This document shows, one piece after another, positions 25,858 through 40,176 of a stretch of 64,000 nt of DNA. The position numbers were made by a program, and so were the translations under genes. How positions within the stretch are numbered: position 1 is the stretch's first letter; the number at the start of each line of letters is the position of its first letter. Origin of the DNA: Octopus vulgaris (taxonomy: Eukaryota). Below the pieces are notes generated by a model that saw only the letters and a program-made list of their open reading frames with translations, did no database searches and was not told the origin of the DNA. The DNA lies in the NCBI GenBank assembly GCA_951406725.2, contig OX597814.1:16430001-16494000 (forward strand), given 5' to 3'.

Positions 25858-27101
25858 TCAGGTCATCCCATAATTTCCGTCCGATTTTACCTTTTTTTAA
25901 AAATTGAATGAAATCTTGTAATATTTTTGAATGTCTAATGGAATTAAAAATTATTTTTATGAATTCGTGAACATCTAAACTAATTAAATATTATTTTACA
26001 GAATAATAAAATTAAAATTTCTTTGATTAAAAACCTTTCTAACATGTAAGAATCCAGAGAGCATTTGAGTCACAAAATGCTTTATGAGTACAAAAAGGAA
26101 ACTCTGCTGGCGAGGTGACTCGAAATATACACTCAGTGTATGAGAAAGAATGCTTGAACGAAAGAACTTGCAGAAGATGGTTTGCAAAATTCAGAAGTGG
26201 AGATTTTAGCTTTAAGATGAAGGTCGAACAGGACGTCCAGTTGAGTTTGATGCTAAGCTCCTTGAGGCATTACTTGAGGAAAATCCTGCATTATTTGTTG
26301 AAGAAATGGCAATAAAGCTTAGTTCAAACAATACAACTGTTCATCGTCATCTTCAACAACTTGGAATGGTTTCTAAACTTGGAAAATGGGTGCCTCATGA
26401 ATTGTCCGAAAGCAACTGCAAATCTCGAGTTGACATCTACTCATCTCTCTATTCTCGTGAACTCAGTTCACTCTTTTTTGATAGACTTGTGACTGGTGAA
26501 GAAAAATGGATTTTCTATCGAAATGTTTAACGTCGTAAACAGTGACTTGGTAAAAGGGAAAAAGCTCAACTACAACCGAGAAGGGAACTTCATGGGAAAA
26601 AGGTTATTCTCTTTATCTGGTGGGATTGCAACGGAGTAATTCACTTTGAATTGTTACCACCTTATGCAACAATCAATACTCTAGTCTACTCTCAGCAATT
26701 AGAGCGTTTGAACCAAACTTTGGAGAAAAAAGACCCGCTTTAGTGAATCGAAAAGGAGTGAAGTTTCATGAGGAAAATGCGCGACCCCACACGGCAAAGA
26801 TCACATCACCTTATTCTCCCGACCTTGCCGCTTCAGACTACTATTTGTTTCGTAGTTTACATAATCATTTGGGGGATATAACTTTCGCAAGCCAGGAAGA
26901 GATGGAAACTGACATTTCAGAGTTCTTCACTTTGAAACCAAAAGAGTTTTACATTGATGGGATTAAAACACTTGGAAGTAGATGGAAGGAAGTCATAGAT
27001 AATCAGGGAAAGCAGTTTGATGATTAAATTTCAATTAAATATAACATTTGATCACTTGTTTTCTTTGTCAAAATTCAGACAGAATATATGGGATGACCTG
27101 A
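25858..27101 (+). mobile_element. Near-full-length defective mariner transposon (about 1.24 kb)
   Basis: TIRs TCAGGTCATCCCATA... and ...TATGGGATGACCTGA followed by TA; transposase motifs RRWFAKFRSG, WVPHEL, VTGEEKW, HEENARPH, YSPDLAASDY, with stops and frameshifts. Confidence 0.95.
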
Positions 27102-27229
27102 TAAATACAAAAACGAAATACACACACACACACACGCACGCACACTTATATATATATATTCTTTTATGCGTTTCATCTCAAAATATATGGGCATGCTGGG
27201 GCACGTTTTCAATATCCCTTGTTATGTGA

Positions 27230-27480
27230 TTGGCCTATGGTGAAGGAAGGAATTCGACATTGGTTCCCTCTTTTGAATTTCTTATCGTGATGCAGGTTCA
27301 TCTGGGATCTTGAACAGCAGGAATTGAAATTGTTTCCTGAAAACTTCTACTTCACACTCCATGTACACTCCTTATTTTCGTAAACCTTCCCGTTACACTC
27401 CTTAGTTGTTTTGGCAAAATAGTAAATAGCTCTGAGCCCAAGCAGTTCAATACCTGGTCCTGAATAGCTTGGGATTGAAA
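27230..27480 (-). mobile_element. 3' end fragment of a CR1/Jockey-group LINE ORF2
   Basis: ELFTILPKQLRSVTG...CEVEVFRKQFQFLLFKIPDEP...SNSFLH. Confidence 0.55.
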
Positions 27481-29879
27481 ATGTACGTAAAAAACTTCTC
27501 TGTTAACATAGTAACTTTGATAAATTAGTTTTAGTTACAGACAGTTGCCTGGGATTTGTATTCACTTAATAATGATGCTATACTACTGTCTTTTGTTGTT
27601 AATTTATCATGATATTGCGGCAAAAAATTGAGACTTTGAATTAAAAGCTCTAAAGCTGACACACTTGTTTTGTGAATGAAATCTTAGTTGCTTTCTTTGA
27701 CAGATCTTTACTTATGTTTTAGTATTCTGTTCCTAACTCATCGATATGTGGTGTTCCAAATACAGAACAGCCAAAAAATAATGTATACCCTATAGTATAT
27801 TTCACGGACTATTTAGTGTGTAGCATTTAATTAAAACTTATGTATCAATTTTTTGTATATTTTGTTAAAAACGTGAGTATTGGTTTCTCTTAATCGGAGT
27901 TTGAATTATATAGTTTCGCAAAAATTGTATTCTATTACGCCAGCAAAAGTACAATTTTGTAAAATTTTCCGTAAGCTTCCATCATAACATGTCTGCCAGT
28001 TCAGTAAAGGTTATTCCTTGCTTTGAGAACAATAATTTCTGGAGAGGGATTTCTCAATTATTGGTCAGAGAAATAAAATCAATATTGATTATTGGCAAGT
28101 ATTTTATCTTCTCTGTATATGTATCACCAATTATCAATTTAAATACTCCATCCATTAAAATTGATAATATTAAGTTAAGTGAAATATCTTACACCAAGTC
28201 GATTTTCTGATTCAGTACAATATGCTAAACAAAATTTGACTGCGAACTTTTGCTCATATTTGCTAAAACTGTGTATAAAACAAACTTCTATCTTAACTTA
28301 TTAACTCTGACAGGGAGATTCTATACTGGAAAATGTATTCACTTAATAATGATAATATAGCAGTGTCTTTAGTTGTTAATTGTTTATGATATCGCACCAG
28401 AAAATTGAGACGTTGAATTGAAAGCTCTAATGCTGACACATTTACAAAAGTTTTATTTTCTCTTATTGTACAATGAGCAACTATTATTCTGAGAGTGTCA
28501 TTAAGTGTGTTTCTGAATATTGTGTACTATGAAATATAATTACCACAAATACATTGATGCATTGAGAAAACCAATTCTGTATGTAGCTTGTCTCTTAGTT
28601 TCAGCTTAAATTCTACATGAGTATTTTGAATAAGATCACATAGTATGGAATTCTTTGTTGGAAACAAGTAATTCAGTTTATATTTTTAACAGAAATTTCA
28701 ATGTAGAAGATAACTTTCTGAAGTGGAGAAAAATATAAAGTCGAAATATATTTTGTCTTTATTCTGAATATACGTTCATCACTTTGTGTAACATTTTTCT
28801 TAAGTATTTTATTAACGATTATCAGATTCGCCTATATGTTTGCTAAAGTATTTGTTATATTGGAATACAACATTGCATTCATTCAGCTCGGAAATTTTCA
28901 ATGCAAATTATTATTACAATTGGTTCGTAAAGATTTGAATAACCGTCTCTAAGGGTAAATGAAATATAGTACAGTTTGCAGAGACTCAAGTGTAGTATAT
29001 TGCAGAATATATTGTATACATTCCATAGCTATGTATGTTAAATTTCAATACGGAATAAAACACTTCATGCTTCTTGAAACTAATAAATATAGCCGTGTTT
29101 TCAGATTCACACAAAGAATATCTGATAGGAATGCTCTAATCCATCGAACTACATCACTTACAGCGAATAATTTTGGACTTCTTAGCTTCTTCTTCAAGTG
29201 ATGCTGATGTCGAATTTCCAATTTCTTACACTCGTTAACAAACAAAATATTCACTGATGTTAGGTTAATTGATTACACTGTATCTTACTTCCTGAAAAAT
29301 AAAGTAAGCTATATGATAAATTGTTTGAAGAAAATGATAATATTTTGAAGTAATTATTATATTTAAACATCGTATATATTCATCATGTAATTCGTTATCT
29401 CAAAAATATTTTGCTTAGATGCAAGTATATATATAAAGATTTCACATATTCTTTACATTTCCATTGACGAGATATCCAATTTTTTTTTACAGAAAATATA
29501 GACGTGCTCCAGCGTGGCAGCAGTGAAATGACTGAAACAAGTAGAAGAATACAAGAATGCACACATTCTCTCTCCCTCTCTCTTTCTCTCTCTCTCACAC
29601 ATATACATACATATATATTTGTACATGAATGCATACATGCAAATATGTATACATACTTACATATATACATATACGCACACATTGCAGAAAGTTATGGATG
29701 ATGAAGCAGTTTTAATTATAAACCGTCCCATATTTCTCAATGAGCTTCAAGTGTACCTTAAAATCCCTGTTCTCCTTAATATAAGTCCTGTAATAAAATG
29801 CTTAAAGTATGGTAACAATATTTTAAAGAATTTACTAAATATCTGATAAGTAAACTTTATTTTCAGTTCTGCAAACGGA

Positions 29880-30074
29880 TCTGTGATAAGAAGCTTGCTT
29901 CCCAACTACATGGTTTCTGGTTCAGTCCCACTGTGTGGCACCTTGTTTAAGTGCCTCCTACTATATCCTTGCGCCGATCAAAACCTTGTGAGTGGATTTG
30001 GTAGACGGAAACTGAAAATGTCCATCGTATATGTGTGTTTACGTGAGCGTGCGTGCGTGCGTACGTGTGTGCAT

Positions 30075-30137
<63 letters not shown>

Positions 30138-30330
30138 TGTATATATCCTTGTCCCTCTTCATCGCTGGATAACCAGTGTCAGTGTGCTTTCATCCCCATA
30201 ACTTAGAGGTTCGGCAAAATACCTATCAGACCAAAGAAAATAAGGTACTGGAATCGTTTCATTCGACTAAAAATTCTTCAAGTCGTTGCCACAGCATGGC
30301 CGCCGTCTAATGACTGAAAGGAATAAAGAA
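29880..30330 (+). mobile_element. SINE family A, diverged copy
   Basis: Collinear similarity with family A and an expanded internal (TG)n. Confidence 0.8.
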
Positions 30331-31921
30331 ATACAGGACAAAATAAAACGTGACTGAAAGATTTGATGGTCTTATAAATTGCTTGCAGTTCTTTTCAATT
30401 AGAAATAAAAAAAATTATGCTTTATGCTGAAAGTCATTTGTTTCTTTATTCTGAAAGTGTTTAACAAATCTATGTACCATTTGGAATAGTAAAAATACGC
30501 TTTTCCACAATGTATTTGGTCATTGCATTGCAATATTCCTTAAATTCATTACTTTCTGTTGAGGTTATTCCCTAATCTTTTTTCTTTCTTCTTCAACAGT
30601 CACGCTTTATTGAAGAAATCCCAAAATGCCTTGAAATAATTCTCGTCAGATTTTCTTTCCCTTGAAATACCTTCAATGCAAAATAAAGTTAGCTTTTGTT
30701 GCCATACATACAGAATACGTTCTAACTATTCTCCTTTTCAAATTATTATTTACATCAGATTATATATTTTACTAATCTTAAGTCTCCGAGAAAATCAGAA
30801 GTAAAAAAAAAAGGAAGTAAAGTCACAAATAAATCTGTAAAATTTAATTAAACAAATGAAGTTCTTACAAAATGAGTGAAGATACTTTTCAACCAAAAAG
30901 TGGTCATCCGATTCACATATTTTCGGTTAATAAAAAACAACAGTAACTTTAGAATGCAGAGCATAATCATATTTAGACTTTAATACGTCTCTACTTTTGA
31001 ATTAGATTTTAAGATGCGTTAAGTAATCAGAGTTTGGTGAAAGAAGGATGGACAATGTCGATATAAAAAAAATGTAAATAATATGAAAATACCTACGAAA
31101 CAATAATAAAAATTCTGACTGTATTTTATCAAGGATTTGCATTGAAATGCTTATATGATGTTTTCTTTTGCTTCTCATTTTATTCTATTCTTTTCATTTT
31201 TTTTACATTGGTGGGGGGCGGAGGTGGAGATTGTACAAGACAAGACGTAGTTGCAAGAAATATCATCAAGTTCGGATCGTGTTTTGTCTATTTTAATTCT
31301 ATCGCGTATGATAAAGTTTATTTTCTGTTGTTGTTGTTTTTGTTTTTTTTTCGATGGTGTTGTTGATTTTGTAGTCGCCCTGGATGCAATCAAGCCTTGC
31401 AACGTCAATGGTATCATTGTCGCCATGATGGCGTATCGCTGCTGAAGGATAGAAAGAATTATTCTCTTCAGCGAGTAGCGTTCCACATGTCGCAGATTTT
31501 GATCGGTTTGAAAATACTGACAGCAGAAGTGGAACGGAATGCAATTTCTGAGAAATGATTCGTTTCTGTACTTTTCTTTGCCATATATTTTTTTTTGTTT
31601 TTATTTTGAAAACATGGCCAGCACCGAAGAAATTATAAGAACGAAACGAAAAGAAACAAAAAATGCAAAATTATTTGCAAACATCTAAATAGCAACAGAA
31701 AACATAAGCTTAGGTTTGGAAGTGAAGGAAAACAAGAGAGCGAATAATAAATATACTCAAAAATGCAGTACAAAGAAATAAAACCTAAACTTGGAATTGG
31801 GTAAAAAAAGGAATGAAAAAAGTATAAATAACAGAGAATATAAAAAAGATACTTGGAAAGAGAAAAAGAATAAAATAAAATACATACATGCATACACACA
31901 CATAAACATACATCGATGTCC

Positions 31922-31974
<53 letters not shown>

Positions 31975-32006
31975 CACGAGTGTATATGTATATAGATATA
32001 TGAATG

Positions 32007-32055
<49 letters not shown>

Positions 32056-32113
32056 CATACATACATACATACATACACACATATATATATATATATATAC
32101 ATACATACATACA

Positions 32114-32208
<95 letters not shown>

Positions 32209-32209
<1 letters not shown>

Positions 32210-32545
32210 TGCGCAATGGCCATGTAGTTAGGGCAGCGGACTCGCGGTCTTAGAATCGCAGTTTCGATTCGCAGACGGGCATTGTGAGTGTGTATTGAGC
32301 GAAAACATCTAAAGCTCCGACAGGGAGTGGTGGTTAACCCTGCTGTACTCTTTCACCCAAACTTTCACTCTTTCTTCCTGTTTCTGTTGTACCTGTATTT
32401 CAAAGGTCCAGTCTTGTTACACTTTGAGTCACACTGCATCTCCCCGTGTCTGTGGAGTGCTCGGCCACTTGCACGTTCATTTCACGAGCAGGCTGTTCCG
32501 TTGATCGGATCAACTGGAACACTCGTCGTTATAACCGACGGAGTA
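32209..32545 (+). mobile_element. SINE family C
   Basis: Homologous to 7787-8183; tRNA-like head and shared 3' tail (GTTCCGTTGATCG...AACCGACGGAG). Confidence 0.85.
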
Positions 32546-33000
32546 CCACCACCTATATATAGGGGAGAGAGATAGAAGATAACTAGATATAGAAAGACAA
32601 AAAGATCGATACACAGAAAGATTGATAAGTTAGTAGATAGAAGTGATGGCATCCAGTTTTGCAAAAAATAAGGATATGAGTAAGAAAGATGAATTGATGG
32701 GAGGGAGATGATACCGATAATAAAATAAACAAAAACTATAGAGGTTAGAATGGAAGAACATAAAATAGAATAATGTTATCTAGACAGAAGGACAACACTG
32801 ATAATTATTACGATGATAATTACGATAATATTCATAATGCAAATGATACTACTAATAATAATGATAGCCATTTATTTTATAGACACAAGGACTCAAATTT
32901 GTCGGGAGAGTGTTCAACTGGTACATATTTATATCTACCATTGAAAGATAAAATGCAAAGTCGAACTCTGTGGAATTTGAAATCAGAAAGTAAAGATAGA

Positions 33001-33163
33001 CGTAAGAGTGGCTGTGTGGTAAGTAGCTTGCTAACGAACCACATGGTTCCGGGTTCAGTCCCACCGCGTGGCACCTTGGGCTAGTGTCTTCTACTATAGC
33101 CTCGGGCTGACTAAAGCCTTGTGAGTGGATTTGGCCGACGGAAACTGAAAGAAGCCCGTCGTA

Positions 33164-33196
<33 letters not shown>

Positions 33197-33432
33197 GAGT
33201 GTGTGTATATATGTTTGTATGTATTTGTTTATCCCTCCTCCAGCATCGCTTGACAACCGATGCTGGTGTGTTTACGTCCCCCGTAACTTAGCGGTTCGGC
33301 AAAAGCGACCGATAGAAGAAGTACTAGGCTTACAAAGAATAAGTTATGGGGTCGATTTGGTCGACTAAAATTCGGTGCTCTAGCATGGCCACAGCATGGC
33401 CACAGTCAAATTCCTGAAACAAGTAAAAGAGA
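33001..33432 (+). mobile_element. SINE family A nested within an older minus-strand SINE B
   Basis: Family B sequence lies at about 32870-33000 and resumes at 33433-33495; ATAGACG occurs at both junctions. Confidence 0.85.
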
Positions 33433-33544
33433 ATAGACGAAACCCGACTAAACATTTTCCCTGGGTTGCTAACAATTCTGCCAGCATGTCGCCTTAATAA
33501 CAACAAAGCAAAAATATATCAACAACAACAACAATGATAATAAT

Positions 33545-33760
33545 CATTTCTACTATAGGCAATAGGCCAGAACTTTGGTGGGAGGGAGCTAGTCAATTTC
33601 ATCAACTCATGTACGCAGCTGGTAATTATTTTATTGAACCAGAAAAATGAAACGCAAAGTCAACCTCGGCGTAATTTGAACTCAGAGCATAAAGGCAGGC
33701 GAAATGGCACTAAGTATTTTTCCTGACATGCTAACAATTCCGTCAGATGACAAATAATAC

Positions 33761-33830
<70 letters not shown>

Positions 33831-34277
33831 CCTTCCTACTTGAAGCGCAAAGCCTCGAGTTAGGGGAAAGAGATTAAGCTGATTACATCGACCCAAGTAC
33901 GCAACTGGTACTTAATTTATCGGCCCCGAAAAGGTGAAAGCATAGTCTACCTCGGCGGAATTTGAACACAGAAAGTATTGGCAGAGGAAATACAGTAAAG
34001 CATTTTGCCCGGCGTGTTGACGATTTTGCCAGCTCGCTGCCTTAGTAAAATAATCAATGATTTCAAATTTTTGCCACAAGGGCAACTTGGGTGAGGTGAT
34101 TAAGTCGATTACATCTACCCTAGTGTTTCACTGGTACATAATTTATCGAAACCGAGCGGCCGAAAGTCAAAGTCGACCTTAGCGGAATTTGAACTCAGAA
34201 TGTTGAGACGGGCAAAATACCGCTAAGCATTTCAATCAGCGTGCTAACGGTTCTGCCAGCTCGTCGCCTTAGTGATG

Positions 34278-34359
<82 letters not shown>

Positions 34360-34503
34360 CAACAACAACAAATAGAACGAAATGTTGGGGGAGGGAGCAA
34401 GTCGATTATTTCGACCTCAGTACGGAACTGGCGGAATTTGAACTCAGAACATAAAGACAGACGAAATACCGCTACACATTTCGCCCAGCGTGCTAACGTT
34501 TCT
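33545..34503 (-). mobile_element. Head-to-tail cluster of four SINE B copies separated by (AAT)n or AT-rich spacers
   Basis: Copies at about 33545-33750, 33831-34044, 34058-34271 and 34375-34503. Confidence 0.85.
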
Positions 34504-34527
34504 GTGTCTTAGTAGTAGTAGTAGTAT

Positions 34528-34571
<44 letters not shown>

Positions 34572-35950
34572 ACAACAACAACAGAAGTGAAGAAGCTAAG
34601 AGGGCTCCATGAAAATATAGCGCAACAGCTAGATGAGGGCTAGCAGGAAGGTACAATACCCAGCTGGATGACGAAGGGAAACATATTGTTATATGCCAAG
34701 GAGCCTGAAAAAGGAAACGTTTCGTCCAGCTTTGGACCAATAGCGTGCCTTACGTATATGCGGAAACGAATGCTTTGATCGGTGAACTGCATAGATACCT
34801 GGAAAACTGTGGGCTGCTACAAACTGAACTGAAAGGGTTCCGAATTAGGAGCCGGGGAACGAAGGATCAGATCTTAATTGATAATCTAATCAGGAACTGC
34901 AAGAGAAGACACCCAAACCTGAGCATAGTATGGTTTGACGATTGTAAAATATACGATATAGTACCATACTCCTAGATAATAAAAGCAATGGAAATGTATG
35001 GAGCAGCAGAAAATATGAGAAGCCTTATATGAAATATCAGGAAATGCTGAAGATAGGAACTGACAGCAGGAAATCAAGTATTAGGAGAAATGAAAATCAA
35101 AAGACATATCTTCCAGAGTCAGTGTGTCTCCATTGATCTTCCGTGAGGGCGCGTGGCTTAGTGGTTAGGGCATTCGGCTCATGATCGTAAGGTTGTGAGT
35201 TCGATTCCCGGCGACGCGTTGTGTCCTTGAGCAAGACACTTTATTTCACGTTGCTCCAGTCCACTCAGCTGGCAAAAATGAGTTGTACTTGTATTTCAAA
35301 GGGTCAGCCTTGTCACTCTCTGTGTCACGCTGATTATCCCCGAGAACTACGTTAAGGGTACACGTGTCTGTGGAATGCTCAGCCATTTGCACGTTAATTT
35401 CACGAGCAAGCTGTTCCGTTGATCGTATCAGCTGGGACCCTCGTCGTCGTAACCGGCGGAGTCTTTTAATTGATCTTCCTGCTGGATATGATACCCTTGA
35501 GCGAAATACTACAGAAAACAAAATTGGAATATGAGCTGAGAAGAAGAAAGGGAAAACTGAACCACTTGTTATTCATGGACGGCCTGAAGTTATTCACAAA
35601 AACTGAGGTAGATCTGGACAGCCTAGTCCTGTCTGTGAGTATTTTTTCCAATAATATATTAAGATAGAATTTGCTATGATGTTGACGAGATGAGGAAAGC
35701 TTTTCAGTACAGCAGGTACATGGTTGCCAACAGGTGAAATGATAAAGGCAATTGAACCTTAATCCAACTATAAATGCCTGGGAATACTTGGCGTAGAAGG
35801 AATCAAATACAATGACATGAAGCAAAAGACGAAAAGAGTGTACTTGCGGCGTGTGAGGAAAATATTGTCTTCAAAGCTAAATGCCAGAAACATAATTTCG
35901 GCAGTAAACTCGCGCGCAGTCGTATTAGTTCGGTATGGCGCGCTGGAATC
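34572..35950 (+). mobile_element. R4/Dong-clade LINE reverse-transcriptase relic, interrupted by a SINE C
   Basis: KGFRIRSRGTKDQILID..NCKRRHPNLSIVWFD..KIYDIVPYS; IFQ..SPLIF; LNHLLFMDGLKLF; YLRRVRKILSSKLNARN. Confidence 0.88.
35145..35463 (+). mobile_element. tRNA-derived SINE (C-related, CORE-like centre) with 11-bp TSD
   Basis: A box TGGCTTAGTGG, B box GAGTTCGATTCC; TSD ATTGATCTTCC at 35132-35142 and 35469-35479. Confidence 0.92.
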
Positions 35951-36899
35951 CGTTGCAGCCATTTGTGTACACGAGAGGAGAATTTAGGGCTTCCTATAGA
36001 CGTAAACCTAGGTCTGTCATGACCCATAAGACAATTAAGCCGGAGCTTTAACCCGCTTGCTATAGTGAGTGGGTGACTGAAATCTCGACACACACATACC
36101 GCATTGTTAACTTCACTGATATTGCTGGAGCTCATTTACTATTGAGCGGACAGGAACAATGCGAAATGTCATGTCTTCTTCAAGAATACAACACAACAGT
36201 CAGTTGTAGATTCGAAACTACGATATCTACTAGGCCACGGGTCTTCATTACCCGATAAAATTGGAATACAAATGGTTCGTGTCACGATAAGCAGTTGAGG
36301 TTATCTTTCGCAGCGACCCGATATATTACATAGTTTTCAGCGCATATTTGAATAAAGAACTTTAACGTTAATAACACCGTTGGCAGATTTCAGCTCTAGC
36401 CCAAAAGCTAGATTAATTAAGTACATTTTCCTTTCTTTTTACCTTAAATTCTGTTTTAACCTCATCTCATTTTTTAAAATCTATACGATGACATATGTTG
36501 CTGTTACGTTTTATTTTGAGTTGTATTAGGTACATTCCTGCTCTCTAGGCCAGAATTGCATGACCAATTTGGACGATAAAGTCTAACAAATACAATACGT
36601 TTAACCGATCATGTCTGACGATCAACAAATTTTCATCTACATTTGAAATACTAGTGTCGCTCTCGGTTTTACATGTTTGTTTGCAGGTCTTGGTCGAGTT
36701 TTCTATATTCGTTTTTTGTTTTCCATCGTTTCATCAGTTCACGCCAGTCAATCGAATGTACAAAACTGGCAGCTGATAATAAATTATGCATACTCATTTG
36801 AACAAATATATAAAGATTTGAAATAAAGAAGGTGGTGGAAGAAGATGTGGAAGAGTAGAGTTAAGAGGAGAAAAAGAAAACAAAATCGACTCTACTATA

Positions 36900-37574
36900 C
36901 TTTATAAAGATGATTATCGTCAGGACTAAAACAGCATCAACGATAACTGTAGTAGCATCGGTACTTTTCCATCCTCTTGCTTAACTTTACTTGGTACATA
37001 CTCATACCAGTTCTCTATTACTTCATATTGGTATTTATGGCATAAGAGCCAATGAAGATACACACACACTTCATCGTGGAGACGTTTGTATTCCTTTTGA
37101 GCAAGGCTTTCACGTCCACTTACCAGTTGGGTCACATTTTGCACACTCTTTCCACAGAGTCTGCATTTCTCGGTATCAGAAGTCTTATACATGTTATACT
37201 TCACTGAATTGGTAGCGAAAGCCTGGTCTTGTGCAGCAGTGATCAGGCTTTAGGTGATATGCTCCTAATCACATCGCTGAAGCCATGCCCACGATGCAGT
37301 ATTATCCTTAATGTCTTGTGTATTCCTTTCAAACTGTCCATGCTTTCTCATTTCAAGAAGGTCTACTTCTCTCTCTCTCCTCAGCTCTTTGGTTAATTTC
37401 TTCCTCGCCCATCATTTCATCTGAATTTACACCCATATTGCAGCATATTGCTGCATATGGTTGTGATGCATGTGCCTAGTGTACACTTATCATACGGGTA
37501 GTCATTATGTATATACTAGACTTCGTATATCTTACCCCAGTGTCACTTTGATGGCATGCACTGCTCTCTCACTC

Positions 37575-37636
<62 letters not shown>

Positions 37637-38209
37637 TGATAATAATAATGATACTAATAATAATAATAACAACCATTACACCCATATTGCAGCAGGTTTT
37701 CATCACTATTTATCAAGTACTCGGCAAGCGTTCTCCTGTCACTACTTATACAATGGTCTATGCTAATTAGTCCTCTACCAACATTCTTTCTTTTAATATA
37801 CATTTCGTTTAAGTTTGCTTTAGAGTGTAGCGCCCCATGCAGCGTTCACAACTTTCTCATCCTTCTATCCATTGTTGATATTTCCTCCCTAGTAATTTTA
37901 AGGATGGACGCGCTATATCTAACCACAGCAACTGCCCAGATATTCATTGCTGTAATCAAATTGTTTTCATTCAGGTTGGATTTCAATACCATCTTCCCCC
38001 TCTTCTGATACGCCTCACTGACTTTGCCTTTCATTTCTCTGTGCAGATTGTTATCCACCTCCAAATTCCCTAAATATCTATACCCACTATCATCGGTTTA
38101 CCCATATTCTCTCATGATGGTAACAGCAATCCTCTGCAGGTTGATTTCTTCCCTCTTTTCATATTAATTACTGAGCATTTGATTATCTCAAACTCCATAC
38201 CGATGTCCC
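36900..38209 (-). mobile_element. R4/Dong-clade LINE relic split by an insertion at 37446-37675
   Basis: RDIGMEF..KC; LKSNLNENNLITAMNIWAVAVVRYSA; KCRLCGKSVQNVTQLVSG..LAQKEYKRLHDEVC.YLHWLLC. Confidence 0.88.
37454..37675 (+). mobile_element. 5'-truncated copy of the ~555-bp retroposon with (AAT)n tail and 19-bp TSD
   Basis: TTACACCCATATTGCAGCA at 37427-37445 and 37676-37694. Confidence 0.88.
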
Positions 38210-38353
<144 letters not shown>

Positions 38354-38384
38354 CATTACTATTATTATTATTATTATTATTATT

Positions 38385-39140
38385 CAGTAGTTTTATTTTA
38401 TTTTTATAGCGTGCTTTCACTTCACTACCGAGCACAGCTCTGTGTGCCTTGGGTTTGTGCTGTGATTTGTTGTGATGCTCTGATGGTTATTGTATGGAAA
38501 GTGTTCTGCGTAGGATGTGTGCAGTGCCCAGTAGTGCAATTTTCTGTATGTTATATGTGTTTGTAAGTCCTGGTGTTTTTGTTATGTATTTGTCTGAATA
38601 TTTTTTTATCATGCCTAATGCACCTACTATGATAGGAATTGTTTCTGTTTTCAGATTCCACATTCTAGTTACCTCTATTTCCAGGTCTTTGTATTTTGAG
38701 AGTTTCTCCATTTCTTTTAGAGACACGTTGTCATCTGCCGGTACTGATACATCAATTAGAAAGCATTTTTTTCTTCATGGTCTCTGACAACTATATCTGG
38801 TCTGTTGGCCTTAATTTCTCTATCTGTGTGTATCGGCATATCCCAGAGTATGGTTGCTTTCTCGTTTTCTGTGACCTTTTCTGGTGTGTGCCTATACCAT
38901 CTTTTTTCTGTTGTTATTCCATAATGTTGGCATAGCTTCCAATGTATGTAAGTTCCAACTCTGTCATGTCTGTGAATATATTCCTTCTTAGCCAGGACTG
39001 GGCAGCTAGAGATAATATGATTTATTGTTTCTTGTCCATCTCCACATATTCTGCAGTTACTTGTAATATTTCTTTTCATTACATGTTTTTGGTAATTTCT
39101 GGTGGGGAGGCTTTGGTCTTGTGCTGCAATTAAAAATCCC
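38385..39140 (-). mobile_element. Young-looking 5'-truncated R4/Dong LINE (CCHC, RLE domain, 3' UTR) inside (TTA)n
   Basis: CRICGDGQETINHIISSC, RHDRV, RPDIVV, LIDVSVP, EKLSKYKDL; only one frameshift (A-run near 38770); (TTA)n on both sides. Confidence 0.93.
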
Positions 39141-39191
<51 letters not shown>

Positions 39192-39219
39192 AATTTGAAA
39201 TCATTATTATTATTTTACT

Positions 39220-39431
39220 AAGGCAGCGAGCTGGTAAAATCGTCAACACGCCGGGCAAAATGCTTTGCTGTATTTCCTCTGCCAATACGTTCTGAGTTCA
39301 AATTCCGCCAAGGTAGACTATGCTTTCATCCTTTCGGAGCCGATAAATTAAGTACCAGTTGCGTACTGGGGTCGATGTAATCAGCTTAATCCCTTTCCTC
39401 TAACTCGAGGCTTTGCGCTTCCAGTAGGAAG
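39220..39431 (+). mobile_element. SINE family B with (ATT)n tail; inverted duplicate of 33831-34044
   Basis: Shares private variants and 5' flank with that copy. Confidence 0.88.
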
Positions 39432-39432
39432 A

Positions 39433-39478
<46 letters not shown>

Positions 39479-39479
<1 letters not shown>

Positions 39480-40037
39480 GTGAGAGAGCAGTGCATGCTA
39501 TCAAAGTGACACTGGGGTAAAATATACGAAACCCAGTATACCCATCATGACTTCATGACTACCCTTCTGATATGGGTACACCAGGAACATGCATCACAAC
39601 CATATGTGCCCGACATGGTGATCTCATACCAAGATAAACAGCGCATGACCTTGCAGGTGGAGCCCACTTAGAATTTTTTTCTGGTCGAGTAACCCATCCC
39701 GCTCAAAAGGTCCCTGAATAAAGATTGTTTAAGGATGTTAAAGGAAGCACCCATGCTTCCAGGGGTGAATTGTTCAAACCCCAAAGAATCCTTCTCAACA
39801 CATGGCTATGATGCTCCCCCACTACTTCTGCTCGTGATCAGAGATGCACATATCGTCAGCCACTAAGGGACATGCTCAACTGGTTATTGCCAAACAACTG
39901 ACAAGCAACTCTGTGGTACTGAGCAAAATATTTGCTGTAGCCCATCTTTTATACCATACAAAACAAGTTTTATACAAGACAAAACAAGTTAAGATCAGAA
40001 GCCACGAGAGTCACTGCCTGGTACAGCATCAGGGCAT
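39479..40037 (-). mobile_element. Second full-length copy of the ~555-bp retroposon
   Basis: Collinear with 10260-10813; (TTA)n on both sides. Confidence 0.85.
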
Positions 40038-40050
40038 TTATTATTATTAT

Positions 40051-40176
<126 letters not shown>

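Noticed and set aside
31437-31482. Hairpin GCTGAAG...CTTCAGC as a pre-miRNA
   Set aside because: The stem is too short and irregular for a pre-miRNA.
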